A program made the translations under genes and the position numbers. A model generated the notes under the pieces. It was given only the letters and a program-made list of their open reading frames with translations. It ran no database searches and was not told the origin of the DNA. DNA of 64,000 bases, from NCBI GenBank assembly GCA_038496445.1, contig JALMLS010000596.1, positions 62,001 through 126,000 on the forward strand, in the 5' to 3' direction. Shown here piece after piece: positions 14,007 to 26,903 of the stretch; within the stretch, counting starts at the first letter, position 1; each line of letters starts with the position of its first letter. The stretch is from Trichosphaerium sp. ATCC 40318. Its lineage: Eukaryota > Protista > Tubulinea.

Positions 14007-15085
14007 CTTCTGTAATTTGCTACATCAAAAACAAATCAGCAAACACGGTTCAAAACTCATAATCACGTGATCCAATAGGCAAAATCACGTGTTTTTGGTA
14101 TTTGCTGTATTTTCGGGGTATCAACGTATATAACGTACGGTGTAAACTATATCAACAGCCTCATCCATTGAAGTATGTTTGGAACCTCCGAAACATTTTA
14201 TTACTTCGGATTTCATGTTTGATACTTTTATGACATCCTTTATTAATTTTTTTGCCTTTTTATCATTTAAAAAGCCAGTATTATACTAAACGCATTAGAA
14301 TAACGTAAATGAGAGAAAAAGACTCATGTTTAAGTTTTTTCAGTGAGAAAACTTCGATAAGTCATCAAATATGCGCCAGACGCTTTAAACAAGATATATA
14401 AAGCGTATTTGACACATTTTAAGTAGGAATTAATTAAATAAAGTTGATTTAATGCGTACAGGATCGTATACACCTATAATAGCTTGTATACTGCGGTATT
14501 GTTTTGACGCAGTCAAATTAGGGGCTTCACGATGCTCTCTCATCAGCTTTTGTACAGAAGAATTACCCATAGCGTTTATTTTGTATAATTAAGCTTTTAT
14601 CTCGCTACAGGTTGTCGCCATAATGCGATAGGCGGTTTTAAGTCAGAATTCACAACTCTTTGAAGAAAAACGGTTTAAACAGTACGGAACTGTTTAACTG
14701 TACTTTGTACAAGCTAAGTATAATCTTTGGAAGCACACGTGCGAAAAAGTGGTCCAAAAGATACACAAAAGTTACAGCGAGAAATCTTTTTTTTTCTCCA
14801 ACTCCACGAACTTCACGTGCTAATCTATGAATTTAAAAACAACAAAATTATTTTCCCACTACTCTTGTAAGTCAAAAGGGCGGATTAAGGAATAATGTTC
14901 ATTGTATTTTAGGAAAAACAGCCAGTAACATCCAAATACAGCATTGTCCAATTGAGGGAACTCTACTTATATCAATGATAAAAGAGGTAGTAATGCAATG
15001 GATTCCTAGTCTAACGAATAGCTAAAATAAAAAGTTTTATTTGTTCAAAATGTTAAAAGTTACGGCCATCGACAATGTCAATTAT

Positions 15086-16253
15086 TCAAGCTTTTGAAGC
15101 TCTCTTGTCATCCATACGTTTTTGATAGTCCTTTTTGAAAGCACTAACAGCAGCACCGCCTTTGGAATAAATCTCATAGCTGTAAAAAAAGGTAATCAGT
15201 AATCTGTACACTTTAAAAAAAAACAAAAAGAAAAAAAAAAGACTTACACAGCAATCAAAAAGGCTTTTCTCTCCTTAATATCAGCCCAATCCTCTGGTAG
15301 GATCTCGAGACTTTCTTTGGTACGTTCTAATGATGTTTTCTAAGGCATAAGGTCAGAGAACGGACTAGATAATAATAAAAAACCCTAATATCTAGTACCT
15401 TGAAACCATCTCTTGACTTGACTTTCTCTGCCCATGCAAGGACTTTAGTAAGCTCTTTAGGTGTCTCAGTCTTTTTGTAATGAGATAGGAGTATTTCAGC
15501 ACGCTCGTAGAATGGAATGAAAGCCTTTAAAGAAAGATAAATACCCAACACTCCAAAAAAAAAAAAAAAACAAGTCAAATTTTTTACGCACAACATCAAC
15601 AATAGTGAAGTCTTCACCCATGAAGTAAGGACCAACAATATCAGCCTCAAGGTTTTTAAGAGCACCTAAGTAAGCTTCTTTCTTCTCTTCAATAGAATCT
15701 TGAGCCATCAAGAATCCATAAAAGGCACCGACGAATTTGCCGTGTTTTTCAATGAGAGCTCTTGCTTGGAATGCTTTGTAGGCATCTTTTGGGTATAGTG
15801 TTCCTTGCTTGCCGAACGCCTCCTCAAGGTATTGGATCATGTTAAGGGAGTCGTAGACGTTGTTTCCCTTGTGTACGCCTGCAGGTACCTAAAAAAATTA
15901 ATTGACGCTTGATTCCGGCTTGTGATAACGTACAGTGGCGCTAGGTGATACAGCCAGAAATTCTTTTGTATCTTCGCGTCCTTTGTCAAAATAGCTATTT
16001 AAAGTGTTAGAGACACCATAGTGAACATAGACCAACGGTTAATGGAGCGGTTAACTTACTTGATGTATTTCATAGTGAATGGGATGCCAAGTTCATGGAC
16101 AGCGATCCAAGCCTATCATTGGTGTCATTAACGCACCAAACAACCCAAAACTGAAAAAAAAACTTTCTTGTTTTGTTTGGTTTAACGAGAACGTACTCTT
16201 TGAGCAAAAGGGCAGAAGTCAGCGTTGTAAAGTACTAGTTCGTCACTACTCAT
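15086..16253 (-). CDS. Glutathione S-transferase, omega/lambda-like (Cys active site)
   Basis: MSSDELVLYNADFCPFAQR; VPAGVHKGNNVYDSLNMIQYLEEAF; GPYFMGEDFTIVDVAFIPFYER. Confidence 0.9.
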
Positions 16254-17517
16254 GTTGTATTGTTTGTGTATGTTGATAATAAATGGATGAAAATGAACGA
16301 ATTCTCCGTTGCCCCGCCAGATTCTCCACAAGTAGTCACGATTTATTGCGAATTCGTTTTGGTGGATTGATTGATACGAATTCATCATCAATAGAAGCTT
16401 GGTAAATCATACGGATGTCGTCACAAGACAAAAATAAACAGGCAAAAAAAAAAAATAGATGCACGTGCGAAAACAAAAGTAGCAGAGATAACTGTAGCTA
16501 TGCCTAAGGGATTCCAACTTCCCAGTACATCAATAAGAGACCCACAAAAAAATGAACACAAGAACGTTGTCTTTTGAATACGTGCAGGCTTGCAAAGAAG
16601 CACCATATTTGCTGGACCATTTTATGCAAATGTGTTAGTGCGTTTTTAAGCGAACCGGCGTAACTTTTATGCTGTTTGTAGTTTTAGTAGCACTTTTCCC
16701 CATTTCTATTAATGTAGAAGAGATATATCAAATTGTACGTCTGAAATAGCACTGTTTTACACTGTAGACGCGATTTAATATGTTGAACCGGGATAGTATA
16801 TTATCCGCCCGGGTTAATCACAAAGTGTTAAACAAAAAAAATGTATAAAGTGTTTTAAACTACTATTGGTAGCGATACAGTGATTTTTGTATTAATTACA
16901 ACGCCAACAACATAATTGTTGGAATTATTTTACATTTTGTTTTAAAAGTACATGTAGGCCATGTTTAATTAGTTCCAAGTGTTATGTAAGAACGTCTGTG
17001 TTAAAAAATACGTTTGGTGTTACTCGTCGTCGTTTTCGTTGTGTAAAATCATCGTGTATAATATATTTGGTGTTGTAGGTTCGCCGTGGTCGCTTTCTGC
17101 TAGAAAAAAATCGAGGAAATACATCAGGGCTACCAGAGCAGTGTAGAATAGGAAAACAAGGCAATTCGCTTGCAACAACAGCCATTAGTGCGTATATCAA
17201 TCTTTCTCAGCCAACACAGCAAGAAAATGGCGAATAATTGCAAAATTCGTTCAAATTTCACTCGATTTTCTAACTCCTTTTGACTATTTGCTGAAATGAG
17301 ACGTGTCAAATACACTTTTTGTGTCAAACTACGGGCCCACAAACATACGTAAAGCGAGTAAGGATACAATTTGTTTGTTTATTTACAATGAACCTATGAT
17401 CAGTGTTGTATAATTGCGTTTCTATCTTAACTTTTTTAGATGTTTTTTTTCTTTTTGCCTTTTTTTTTTTTTGCAATTGTAATTGATGCTTTTAGAACCC
17501 ACGTGATACTTTTGTAT

Positions 17518-19453
17518 TTAAAATGTAACGACGGGACGTGATTCTATTTTACCGTTTACAATCCTTAGTTGGTATTGTTGTGGTAAGGCAATCTCAGTCT
17601 ACGTAGAAGTTTAGTAAGTGATGAAAAAAGATATCTATATTTAAAGTCTTACCCAATCTCCTTCGTCACCCTTTGGCACCAAAACATTCATGTTTTCAGT
17701 ACATGTAGTGAATATATCCGCATCCAAAGATTCTTTAGATAAATATAGTTCTAATCCTGAAGTATGGTCAATCTGGACAGCAGGTGCAACTTTCAAGCAC
17801 ATAATCTGAAGTATTGTTAGATTTTGTTAAACAAAATGACAAAGTACTCACTTTCATGCTCTCACAGCGAATTACTTCTACTGCGGAGATAGAGCTATCA
17901 AATTCTACACCAGATTTTTTGCATGACTCTAAATACATTAATTAGTAATAAAGTAAAAGAAAGAGATAAATACGAAGACTTTTTTTTGATTGTTCAATGT
18001 GTCACAAAAAAAAAAACAAGTTTTTTTAGTATACCTATCATGAGGTTGTTCACTTTTCCGATAATCTTAATAGCACAATCATTGCAATTGTAAATATAAA
18101 AGTTTTGCTTTTGTGAAGCAGCTTCTATCTTGATATCTTTTCTACCAACATAGTTCTCCTTAACATAGAGATGAGAACAAACCCCAAGTTAAAAAATGTC
18201 ACGTGACAAAATCCATTTTGTATGGCATGTCGTTCGGTAAAGATCGTACAACAAAAATCTTGTTTCCGCGCTTGTAAGTTCTAGCTTCTTTTTGAACAAC
18301 AGCTTTCGTTTGCTTTGTAGTTGTTGATTGACGTTTTGGAGTGGTTGCTTCAGGTGCTTCTCCAATCGTTTCAACTAACAATTAATATTAGCACTACATC
18401 ATGTACTAACAAGTGTACCTTTAATAGTGTCTTCTATCGCAGTTTGACCTCCTGCAAGCGAAAAATTAAGATTTACATTCATTTGCAACAAAAAAATTAC
18501 TACAACAGTTGAACCGGTTCAACTCCATACCTTGCTCGTTCCAGACCATACCACCACTGTAATACTTTGCCACATAGTCACGAAGTGTCTTCAAAACATC
18601 TGTCCAATCTGCAACAAATTGTACATGTGCTTGAACTCTACAAAGCGTAAAAACAAGGAGCTAGAAGCGATTTTTGAGGGATTTTTTTTGCTCGATCTTT
18701 TTTGTTTACTTGTATTAAAACGCGATGTACGTACTTTCCCTTATGCTCCCGTAGTATCTTATCTGTGTAAAACTGTGAGGACTCCTTTCCTTGATCGACT
18801 AGAGCTTGTGGTTTTTCGGGCTAGATGAATAAGCGTTAACGACTCCAAGTAGCAAAGCAATAGCGTAGTTGTAGTGTTGTACTAAACAGCTCATTTTTAG
18901 TCAGTGCGTACCATTACTATCCATCCAAGCGCTGCTATACCTTCCTGGCAAGCCATCAAGTGGTTGAAATGCCTGTGTTTACGGTTTTCCTCGGCTATTT
19001 TGCCAATGCTTTTCATAGTCTCTGTTAGTGGTGCCACACGTTCTTTTAGTGGTTAGATTAATGTTTAATGTGACGTTGACACTACCTTGGAGTGGTTGCG
19101 TCGAAGCACTTGCGGACTCTATAATAAGCTGTCTCTGTTGTTGAAACGCCTGAACAACGAGCTCCGACTACTTTTGTCAGTTTATCGATGTCGTAATCGA
19201 AAATTTGTTGTACCTGGCTTGCTACTTCTCCTCCGATCGTCTTACTTAGTTGCGCATACGCTTTTACTTTTTCTCCAACTGTTTTGTCCCACTCTTCTGC
19301 AAAATTGGTAGCTTGCTCTGGGGTTGCCTTGACGCCCGCACTCTTCACAGTAGTACCATCAGAAGCAAGTGCAGATTCGACATTCTTTAATCTTGATGAA
19401 ACGCCTTCTAGACGATCGCTAAGGGAATTAATTTGTTTTTCTAATGCGTCCAT
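17518..19453 (-). CDS. CAP: Adenylyl cyclase-associated protein (CAP/Srv2) homologue
   Basis: N-terminal RLE coiled-coil motif (SDRLEGVSSRL). Helical folded domain (FNHLMACQEGIAALGW..YVAKYYSGGMVWN). C-terminal CARP beta-helix (ENYVG..YIYNCNDCAIKIIGKVNN..GDWTEIALPQQY). Confidence 0.88.
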
Positions 19454-19710
19454 GTTGTTAAAATAGGTTTTAATAGGTTTTACTGTCCGTTCTGCTGACT
19501 ATTTATGCCCAACTTTTCAAAATTATGCGAATTTCTTCTAAAATGTTTTTTGCCAAAAACTTGGTCGCTTCCACAACTTTCACTTGTACAACTACCGTAC
19601 ATGCACGATCAGTTATCATACAACATGTTAAAAATGGTCCTAATTAGAATTTATTCATCCTCGGTTTGGTTTTTGAGTTTTTTTTTGAAGCACAATGTGC
19701 GTACTTTCTT

Positions 19711-21444
19711 TTACTGTATTTGACCAGAAATTATTCTTTTTACAACCTCTGCTATTGCAGGTTGAATAACTTTTTGTGCTGCAACAAGGGTAGTATCTTT
19801 AAGTACTGACGATCTAGCTGAAATGATAAATTCTACACCTTTGTCAGGTACTACTTTGCCATCTTTTAAAACAGGAAAGCAAGAATACGAATTGTCAACA
19901 ATTTCGCCAACATCTCTTGTGCTGGAATACCCGGCCCCTAGTTTACTGAAAATGCGCCATTGACCTTCACTTCTAGTCTCAATTTCTACAGGATCAATAC
20001 CTGATTGTACAAATATGGATGTATCCGCTAGGAATATAGTTAAGAAATTGCTTTAAAAAAAAAATGAAAAAAGTAGTGAATAAAAGTTAGAGCATTAAAT
20101 GTACCTGTCGTACCACCCCAGTTTGTTCCTGGGAATAGCTTTGATTTTTCTGCACCATATCGGATTGTTCTACTATCCTCAAGTGTCATATGTGGAATGA
20201 CATTTTCTATTTTTAGTTACACATTGTCGGCTTTTTTTTCTGTTCGAAGGTTCAGTTCCATACCTGGAATAAGGTCTTCGTACATAGTAATACGTCTAAA
20301 CATCTCAGCAAGAGTGAAAGTAGACATATTATTTTCAAAAGGAGTAGTATCGTTCTTATCAATATCACAAACAGCATGACCCTAAAAAAACTTTAAGAAT
20401 TCTGTCAAAAAAATCCAAACATCACTGTGTTCAAGCGGATACTGAGCGAAAAATCATGCAGTTACATGCAGCATGGATAGTATAACTTGAAACTTACATC
20501 ATCCTTAAATTGGAATCCCAAATCAGGTGGTGTAGGTTCACCATAGTTCCCACCATACGACTCTTGATCTCCACGTTTCAACCATTTTTGAATCAACCAT
20601 TTCGCTCTTTCTCTTCCTCCAATATCTAAAAAGTAACTGCTAAGCGCATTTGAGGAATATCCTACACCAACACATAAGCTCAGAGCACGAGAATAGAAAA
20701 AAAAAAGACAAGTTGTCCAAAACAAGTAATCACCTTGTGTAGTGTCGTATGAAGCGATTATTGTCATTAAATCGCCTAAAGGCGTTTCCTTGTGTTTACC
20801 GCTTGTATCAGCATCAAGAGAAAAACCACAATGACTCTCAAGCTTTGACGCTGCATTTGCAACAGCAATAGGCTTACTAGAGCTCCAAGGTTGGATAGGT
20901 TCGTCGTAGACTTTATTTCCGAGATATCTAAAGTATGCCTTTCCTTTATGTCTTCTAACAAGTATAACAGCCATATTGACGTGTTGAAGTTGTGGTATGC
21001 TCGATAGCGTGTCAACTAAACAATAACGCGATTAGAAAGTTTGTACTGACGCGGAAATGCGTTTTGTTAAGCAATTTAACGCCACGGTGGGCGTTTCCGC
21101 GTGTTTACAAGTATTGGCGTACTATCAACTGTGACGTTTCCAATATCAGTGTCAGGGTAGTATCCCTCAGGTACTTCGCCAGAGTGTGCGTTTGGGCACC
21201 GCCACAAACGTGTGAAGTTTGAAGGGAATTTCTTATTACATAAACGATCGTCTAGGTATTGTAGAGTCTCGACACCGCACCAGTGTTTGTAATAATATGG
21301 GTTGTCGCCGAATTTGACATCAACAGCAATGCAAACAGCTAAAATGACAGCACAAGCGATAATATAGCGCCTACCACGTTAGTCACTTCAACGTATACAC
21401 GTTTAAAAAGGGAACTATTGTTTTATGCATTCTACGAACCTCAT
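19711..21444 (-). CDS. Secreted serine beta-lactamase/penicillin-binding-protein-fold hydrolase (putative)
   Basis: Spliced signal peptide MRRYIIACAVILAVCIA. Motifs WSSSK (SxxK), YSSN (SxN) and FSKLG (KTG-like) occur in the canonical order. Stop TAA at 19711. Confidence 0.6.
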
Positions 21445-21675
21445 TATTAGCGTTAGGATCAAGCTGACGGATTTCGATTACGTTAAAAAGTGGTCAACAA
21501 AATTCGCAAAATGTCTCACAATTCGCCGTAGGGCGTACCTGAGACATTAATATGTTTTGTTTTCAGACTGCATCAGGTGACCGCGTAGCGAGGTACCAAA
21601 TATTTGAATTTTATTTCTATTTTTTGTTTTTTGTTTTTATCCTTTTTTTTTCGTCTTTTTGAAGGAAACTCTTAC

Positions 21676-24600
21676 TTAGCTCATCTCATAGTACTCTTCT
21701 TCTAAACTATCGTGTACTTGTATATCTGTAAGTGCAAAAGAGTTTATAGTTGTAGAAGAGCGTTTAGCTCTCATATCTGGTGCAGAATCGAAACTTGTTG
21801 TAGAAGTCATCTTTCCACCTCTTTCATCACCAACATTGTCTGTGTTCAAAGAACTCAGGAATATTGTAGATTCCCTATCTTTGCTAGACTTAAAGTAATG
21901 GAAGTATCCTGGTACATTAATACCAGTGATTGTTGTAATTATTGCTAAGATACAAGATATGGTCATGATGAAGAATGCCTAACGAAAAAGGTTAAGGTTG
22001 GAACAAAACAAGAAAAAAAAAGGAAAACACTTTTTGTCTTCTTATGTATCAAGAGATGCTTGTTTTGTTTGAAATATAGGTTTGTATGTATACCTGATCT
22101 TCTGTTTCTTCTATAAAATTCAAAATCATCGAGCTTACAAGAATGATAATGATAAGATTGTATAAAGCAGTAATCTGCCACTTTGTCTCACCAACAAAAA
22201 CAAGCTTTGATTTTCTATATACAAGGGTTGTACCAATTCCCCATGCGAGTATAAGACCCTAGAATATAATGAGCAAGTGAACTTGTACAAATACTAATAG
22301 TATTTAAAATAAGAGGATAAGCATGATTAAAGAAGAAGGAGACAAAAAGCTCAAAATTTGTTGTGGTTTGAACAAAAATAGGTGGTATTTATCGGCTACT
22401 TTGATCATTGTAGACAAAAAAAATATGATGGAGTACAAATGTAAATATGAAAAATGTTTGCATATTATAAGCTAATAAGGTTCATGAAAACGAAGTAAAT
22501 TTTTCTATGCGAGACAAAAAAACCGTACAAAGTAGATGAACTCTATCAAAAACCATTTAGTTCTACCTCGTGATTCACAAAAGTAGTGTAGCTCTAATTG
22601 CACTTCACTAACTGTGATCTTTGCCGATTTAAAGGGGTCCACAAGATACCATGCGATAAGAATAAGCTATTTTTTGCGAGCAGTTTTCGTTAGTAATAAA
22701 GTTCACGTTTGTAGTTTTGTTCCTTTTCAAGTAGGTTTCAAATATTACGTACTGGTTGAATTACTAGAGCAGACACCAACAATATTGTAAGGCGCCTTTT
22801 GGCCGTAAATTTACCAAAAGTCTAGTAAAAACAGATTAATCAATGTTAACACAAAATTAAGAAAAAATCAGGAAAGCTCATTATTTACCTCCATTACTTC
22901 CTTCAGCTTCTGAGAAAGACATATTTTTGTAAATAGACAGTTCAATAGAAGACTGAATCCAAAGAATGATAGGTAGGCTCTTGTTGAACACTTCCAGTTA
23001 CTATCAGGTACAGGATACCTTCAAAAAAAAACATCAATATAAAGATGAAATAGCGCAACTACAACAGATGACCTCTGGTGTTGATGGATTGTGAATTTAG
23101 CGTACCATAATAATACTGAAATACAACTTATACCAGCTCCAAATAAATGTAAGATATGAAGGAATAGCTGAGCACCAATTGGTCGCTAAACAAGCAGTTA
23201 GTATTCTTTGTATCAATACCAAAATACTAAAACCCAAAAAGAGCGTACAGTCCAAATCTCTCCAACAGCAAGGACTATAACAACCAATAGTAACACTGCG
23301 GCTATAGAAACTACTACTATAAAACCTGCACCTTCGTGTTGACTGATGAAAACATCTAAACAACACGAGATCAATACCAACAATCGAACCAAAAAAAAAA
23401 GAAACTGCCACGCACATGAGAGTAACTCGCCACTAAATTCTGTTCCATCATAGCACTTTGATGTAAACATTTTAGCAGCTACTTGGTCATGAACAGACTC
23501 AGTAAAAGGCCACAGTCTCAATGATATTGCCTTTTCTGTAGACCACTTGCTTTGGTAAATCCACCTAAATAAAAAAAAAGATTAACACTTCCAGAATTTT
23601 GTCTGTTTTAGACGTACTTGAAGAACCTCATCATTACACGTTGTCCCTCACAATTACGTGTTGAATTACTATCAAAAATAATATACGTTAAGTCGCTAAG
23701 AGGCCAATCATCTCCCGTAATATTTGCCTCTGTTGCAGTGAAATTTGCATCGAAAGAGAAATGGTCTTCATAACGATTATCTACACTAAATGGGTAGATA
23801 ATATGCTCGCCAGGTTTCTCTGTTAGTAAAGCATATTGATCTTCATCAGATAGGAACATTTCTGGTATATAGCCAATACTATAAGGTACACTTGTTACCC
23901 AAGCATACACCTAAAGATAGTTAGTATAATTATAAAAATATACGACATGAAATGTTGGCGTACACCCATGTTTTCAACGCCAGTGCGCACGTGCGTTTGG
24001 TTTCTTATAGATTCTGGAAATATCTTAACGGCACCGTATGGCCATGCTGCACTATCCATATGGCTTAAGGCGTTAGTGAAGCGTGTTGTACTTCCAGAAA
24101 CATCGTGGCGAACAACAACTATTTTGGCACAAAATGTTTAGTTTTACGCTTCAATTACAGGTCTTTAAAGTCTTACCTATAATCTCTCGCTTAACTTTTG
24201 ATAATACATCAGTAATTTCCTTAGAATTTGTAGCCAGAATCCTACAAAAAACATGTCTTAATATTCATGTCAATACAATCAAAACATCAAATAAATACCG
24301 CCTACAGAGCATCACAACACTTTTTGGAAAATGACAACACAGAGGTTGTATTGGCTTACATAAAATAAAGTGCAAGTTCGAAAAGATGAAAAGAAAATGA
24401 GAACGTCACCGAAATAAAAAACTTGATAAATAGTTGTAGAATACTCGTTTTCAAAAAACGCAAAGAAATTAACTCCTAACCTTTCATCATTCCAAAATCT
24501 TACTTTCCCACCAAATATACCGGCAAGTGTCTACAATTCATCAATTTAATATGACAAAACATACTCGGTTACAACGAGAAACGTACGGAGAAATCAAGTA

Positions 24601-25270
24601 CAATCTGGCCAGCAATATTTTTAAGCTCAGGAATAGATAGCATAGGTAACACAGCACTTGACAGTAATGGAATTTGAGTAAGAGATGGCCTTGCAGCGTA
24701 CTCAGCTTCTGTAAGAGGAGAGTTGCTACCAACAAAATCAATAGCTGTCAGTTGTGACGAGTTTTGAGCGTTATTTAGGCTTGCCAGGAGCTCTTTAAGT
24801 GTCATAGTGTCAGTTCGTTTTAAACAAAGAATAAAGCGTTATAGCGTACTTGCTCCTTCGCTAGCTTGCATAGTCGTATACGTCATTTGTACTTTAATTA
24901 AACGACCGAATTCAAAAATCCTAATTGGTTAGAGGTTAGAATATATCGGAAAATGCGTTAGACTCAGTGATAGAGGTTGTTTTAGGTTAATTTAGTAAAA
25001 TTACGTATTGGTACGTACCAATCGGAGAATATAGGGTTCGGAAACGGTGCACCGCCACCCAGAAACATAGGAGTAGCATCTAATACATTGTGTTACAAAC
25101 AGACATTACGATCATCACAAGCGAATGGACGCTTTCATTCGCGTAGAGAAGCAATAGGATGTATTTTAAAACAAATTCCAGCAAATGATTTTATTCCGAA
25201 AGTCGCGTAGCGCACCATAGCAGTTTAAGAACACAACAATGCATAAAACGCATAGAAAACCCCATTTCAT
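21676..25270 (-). CDS. Class C (GABA-B/Grl-like) 7TM GPCR with PstS-type phosphate-binding extracellular domain
   Basis: Signal peptide. PstS motifs DFVGSNSPL, LAGIFGGKVRFWND, VVVRHDVSGSTTRFTNAL, PYSIGY, WPLSDLTYII. 7TM_3 motifs CSTRAYLSFFGFSLLLNCLFTK, LILIAWYLVDP..C.S, GETKWQITALYN. Confidence 0.8.
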
Positions 25271-25344
25271 ATCTGTGTGGTGACTTTGGGCCAAATAAAC
25301 AATTTTGAGCGACGCTCGTTGTTCAAACAAATTCTTGTACGCCT

Positions 25345-26537
25345 TTATGTTCTTATACAAGCGTCTAATCTGCGAGATGCGTTTCTTTTCGTAAGTAACA
25401 AGTTGTTTATTTCTCTTTTTTTGGCGATTTTCCAAATACATTTTTTAATCACCTTGTTTGTCTCGCCTATGGAAAATTCTTGTCCACTGATGATAACCAG
25501 TCGTAGTACCTTGATAATCAAATGGTAAGGTTCATTGTTAAAGTCAAAAAATATGTGTAGTACCCAGCCTCTGATAACCATGATGAAACGACTACATCTC
25601 TATTTGAGAAAAAATATCAGATTTATAGAATTAATGAAGTGTCTTGTACCCAACTCGTCCTAAACCAACTGTTTTCTCTCCTTTGTCTATTTTCTCTTGA
25701 GCAAAATTTGCCTTGAAAGAAGGCTATATTAAATCAGTCACGTGACAAATACAAATGTGTAAATATTTACTTTCGAGTTTGTTGAGTTGGTTTTCTCAAT
25801 GTACACTGAAGGTTCGTATCCAACCTCTGATTGCTCCTCTTCTTCAGCCGCCTACAACGTGGTTATACTTTATAATATCTACCTTTAGTTTACCTTAATT
25901 TTTACATCCTGTAAGTGCTTCACCCACTTGTCACGTTTAGCTTCTGTTTGTGCAAATAAATATAATTGATGCCTTCTTAATTTAATCATAAATTCTTTTC
26001 CTTTCTTGGGATCTCTATTGAGCTTATAAATATGCATTTTAGAGCTTAGTTTTATCGTTAATCCTTTCTTCAATGTCTATAGAATATATAAGTACTAGCC
26101 AAGAGACAAGAGTACGTAAACAAAGCGAGTAACGAGTAAAATTATGTTAATTTTGAAGCAAAAAAAAAGGCTGGAAAGGTTAAACTCGTACCGCTGGTCG
26201 ACTAACGCTCAAACGTCTTGTGACTGACTATAATAAATGGATTAGTTTTTTTTTCTATTAGTTATTGTCAGAGGATACCACAAACCTTATCAGGTTCATA
26301 ACCAGTGAGTGTATTGCCCGATATTACAAAATACCTTCTAGTTGTAACGTGCGCTCCTTTTGTATTTGAACGCATGAGCATCCAGTCTGCCAAGTCAATA
26401 TCTGTTTCTTCCACGCCTTCATAGACAATCTTACTTCCAGCTAAAGGAGAATTAAAATTAGCATTTATAAAACACGTGAGCAAACCGTAGTTAAACCTTA
26501 GTTTGCTACAAACTGTACCTCTTTTTGGTACTGCCAT
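25345..26537 (-). CDS. PH-domain protein
   Basis: WMLMRS..RRYFVISGNTLTGY..FMIKLRRHQLYLFAQTEAKRDKWVKHLQ (PH C-terminal Trp helix). Confidence 0.75.
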
Positions 26538-26903
26538 TGTTTAGTACAAAATAAAAAGTGTTTGAGCTGTTCTCGGGGAGTGTATTAATAAGTATACTAA
26601 CAATGAGGGTTTTACGTGGCGCTATTACTAAATAAAACTCTGCATAAAACACGTGACTCAAAAAGTCAAAAAAACTTTCAGAAAATAAAAATTCCTTTGT
26701 TCACGCACTCGGACATTCTTCCATCACTACAAACTGATACTTGTATAGTATTTGAATAGGTATCCCCATGGTTCTTTGGTTTACCTAAAACCTATCTAGA
26801 ACTGGTTTAAGACACGTGACAATCCTACCTACTAAAAGGGTAATTGATTGTCTTTTCTTGGGTGGTTTTTTGATTTGACTGACGTTTGGTGATGAAATCA
26901 TCA

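Noticed and set aside
16780-16820. GC-rich hairpin (GGATA..TATCC inside AACCGG..CCGGGTT) in an intergenic region
   Set aside because: No recognisable RNA family or transposon termini. Too short to support a call.
16982-17369. Short minus-strand ORFs between GST and CAP
   Set aside because: No recognisable motif and no consistent start or splice model.
18508-18523. Perfect 16-bp palindrome GTTGAACCGGTTCAAC in a CAP intron
   Set aside because: Single occurrence with no related copies or target-site duplication seen.
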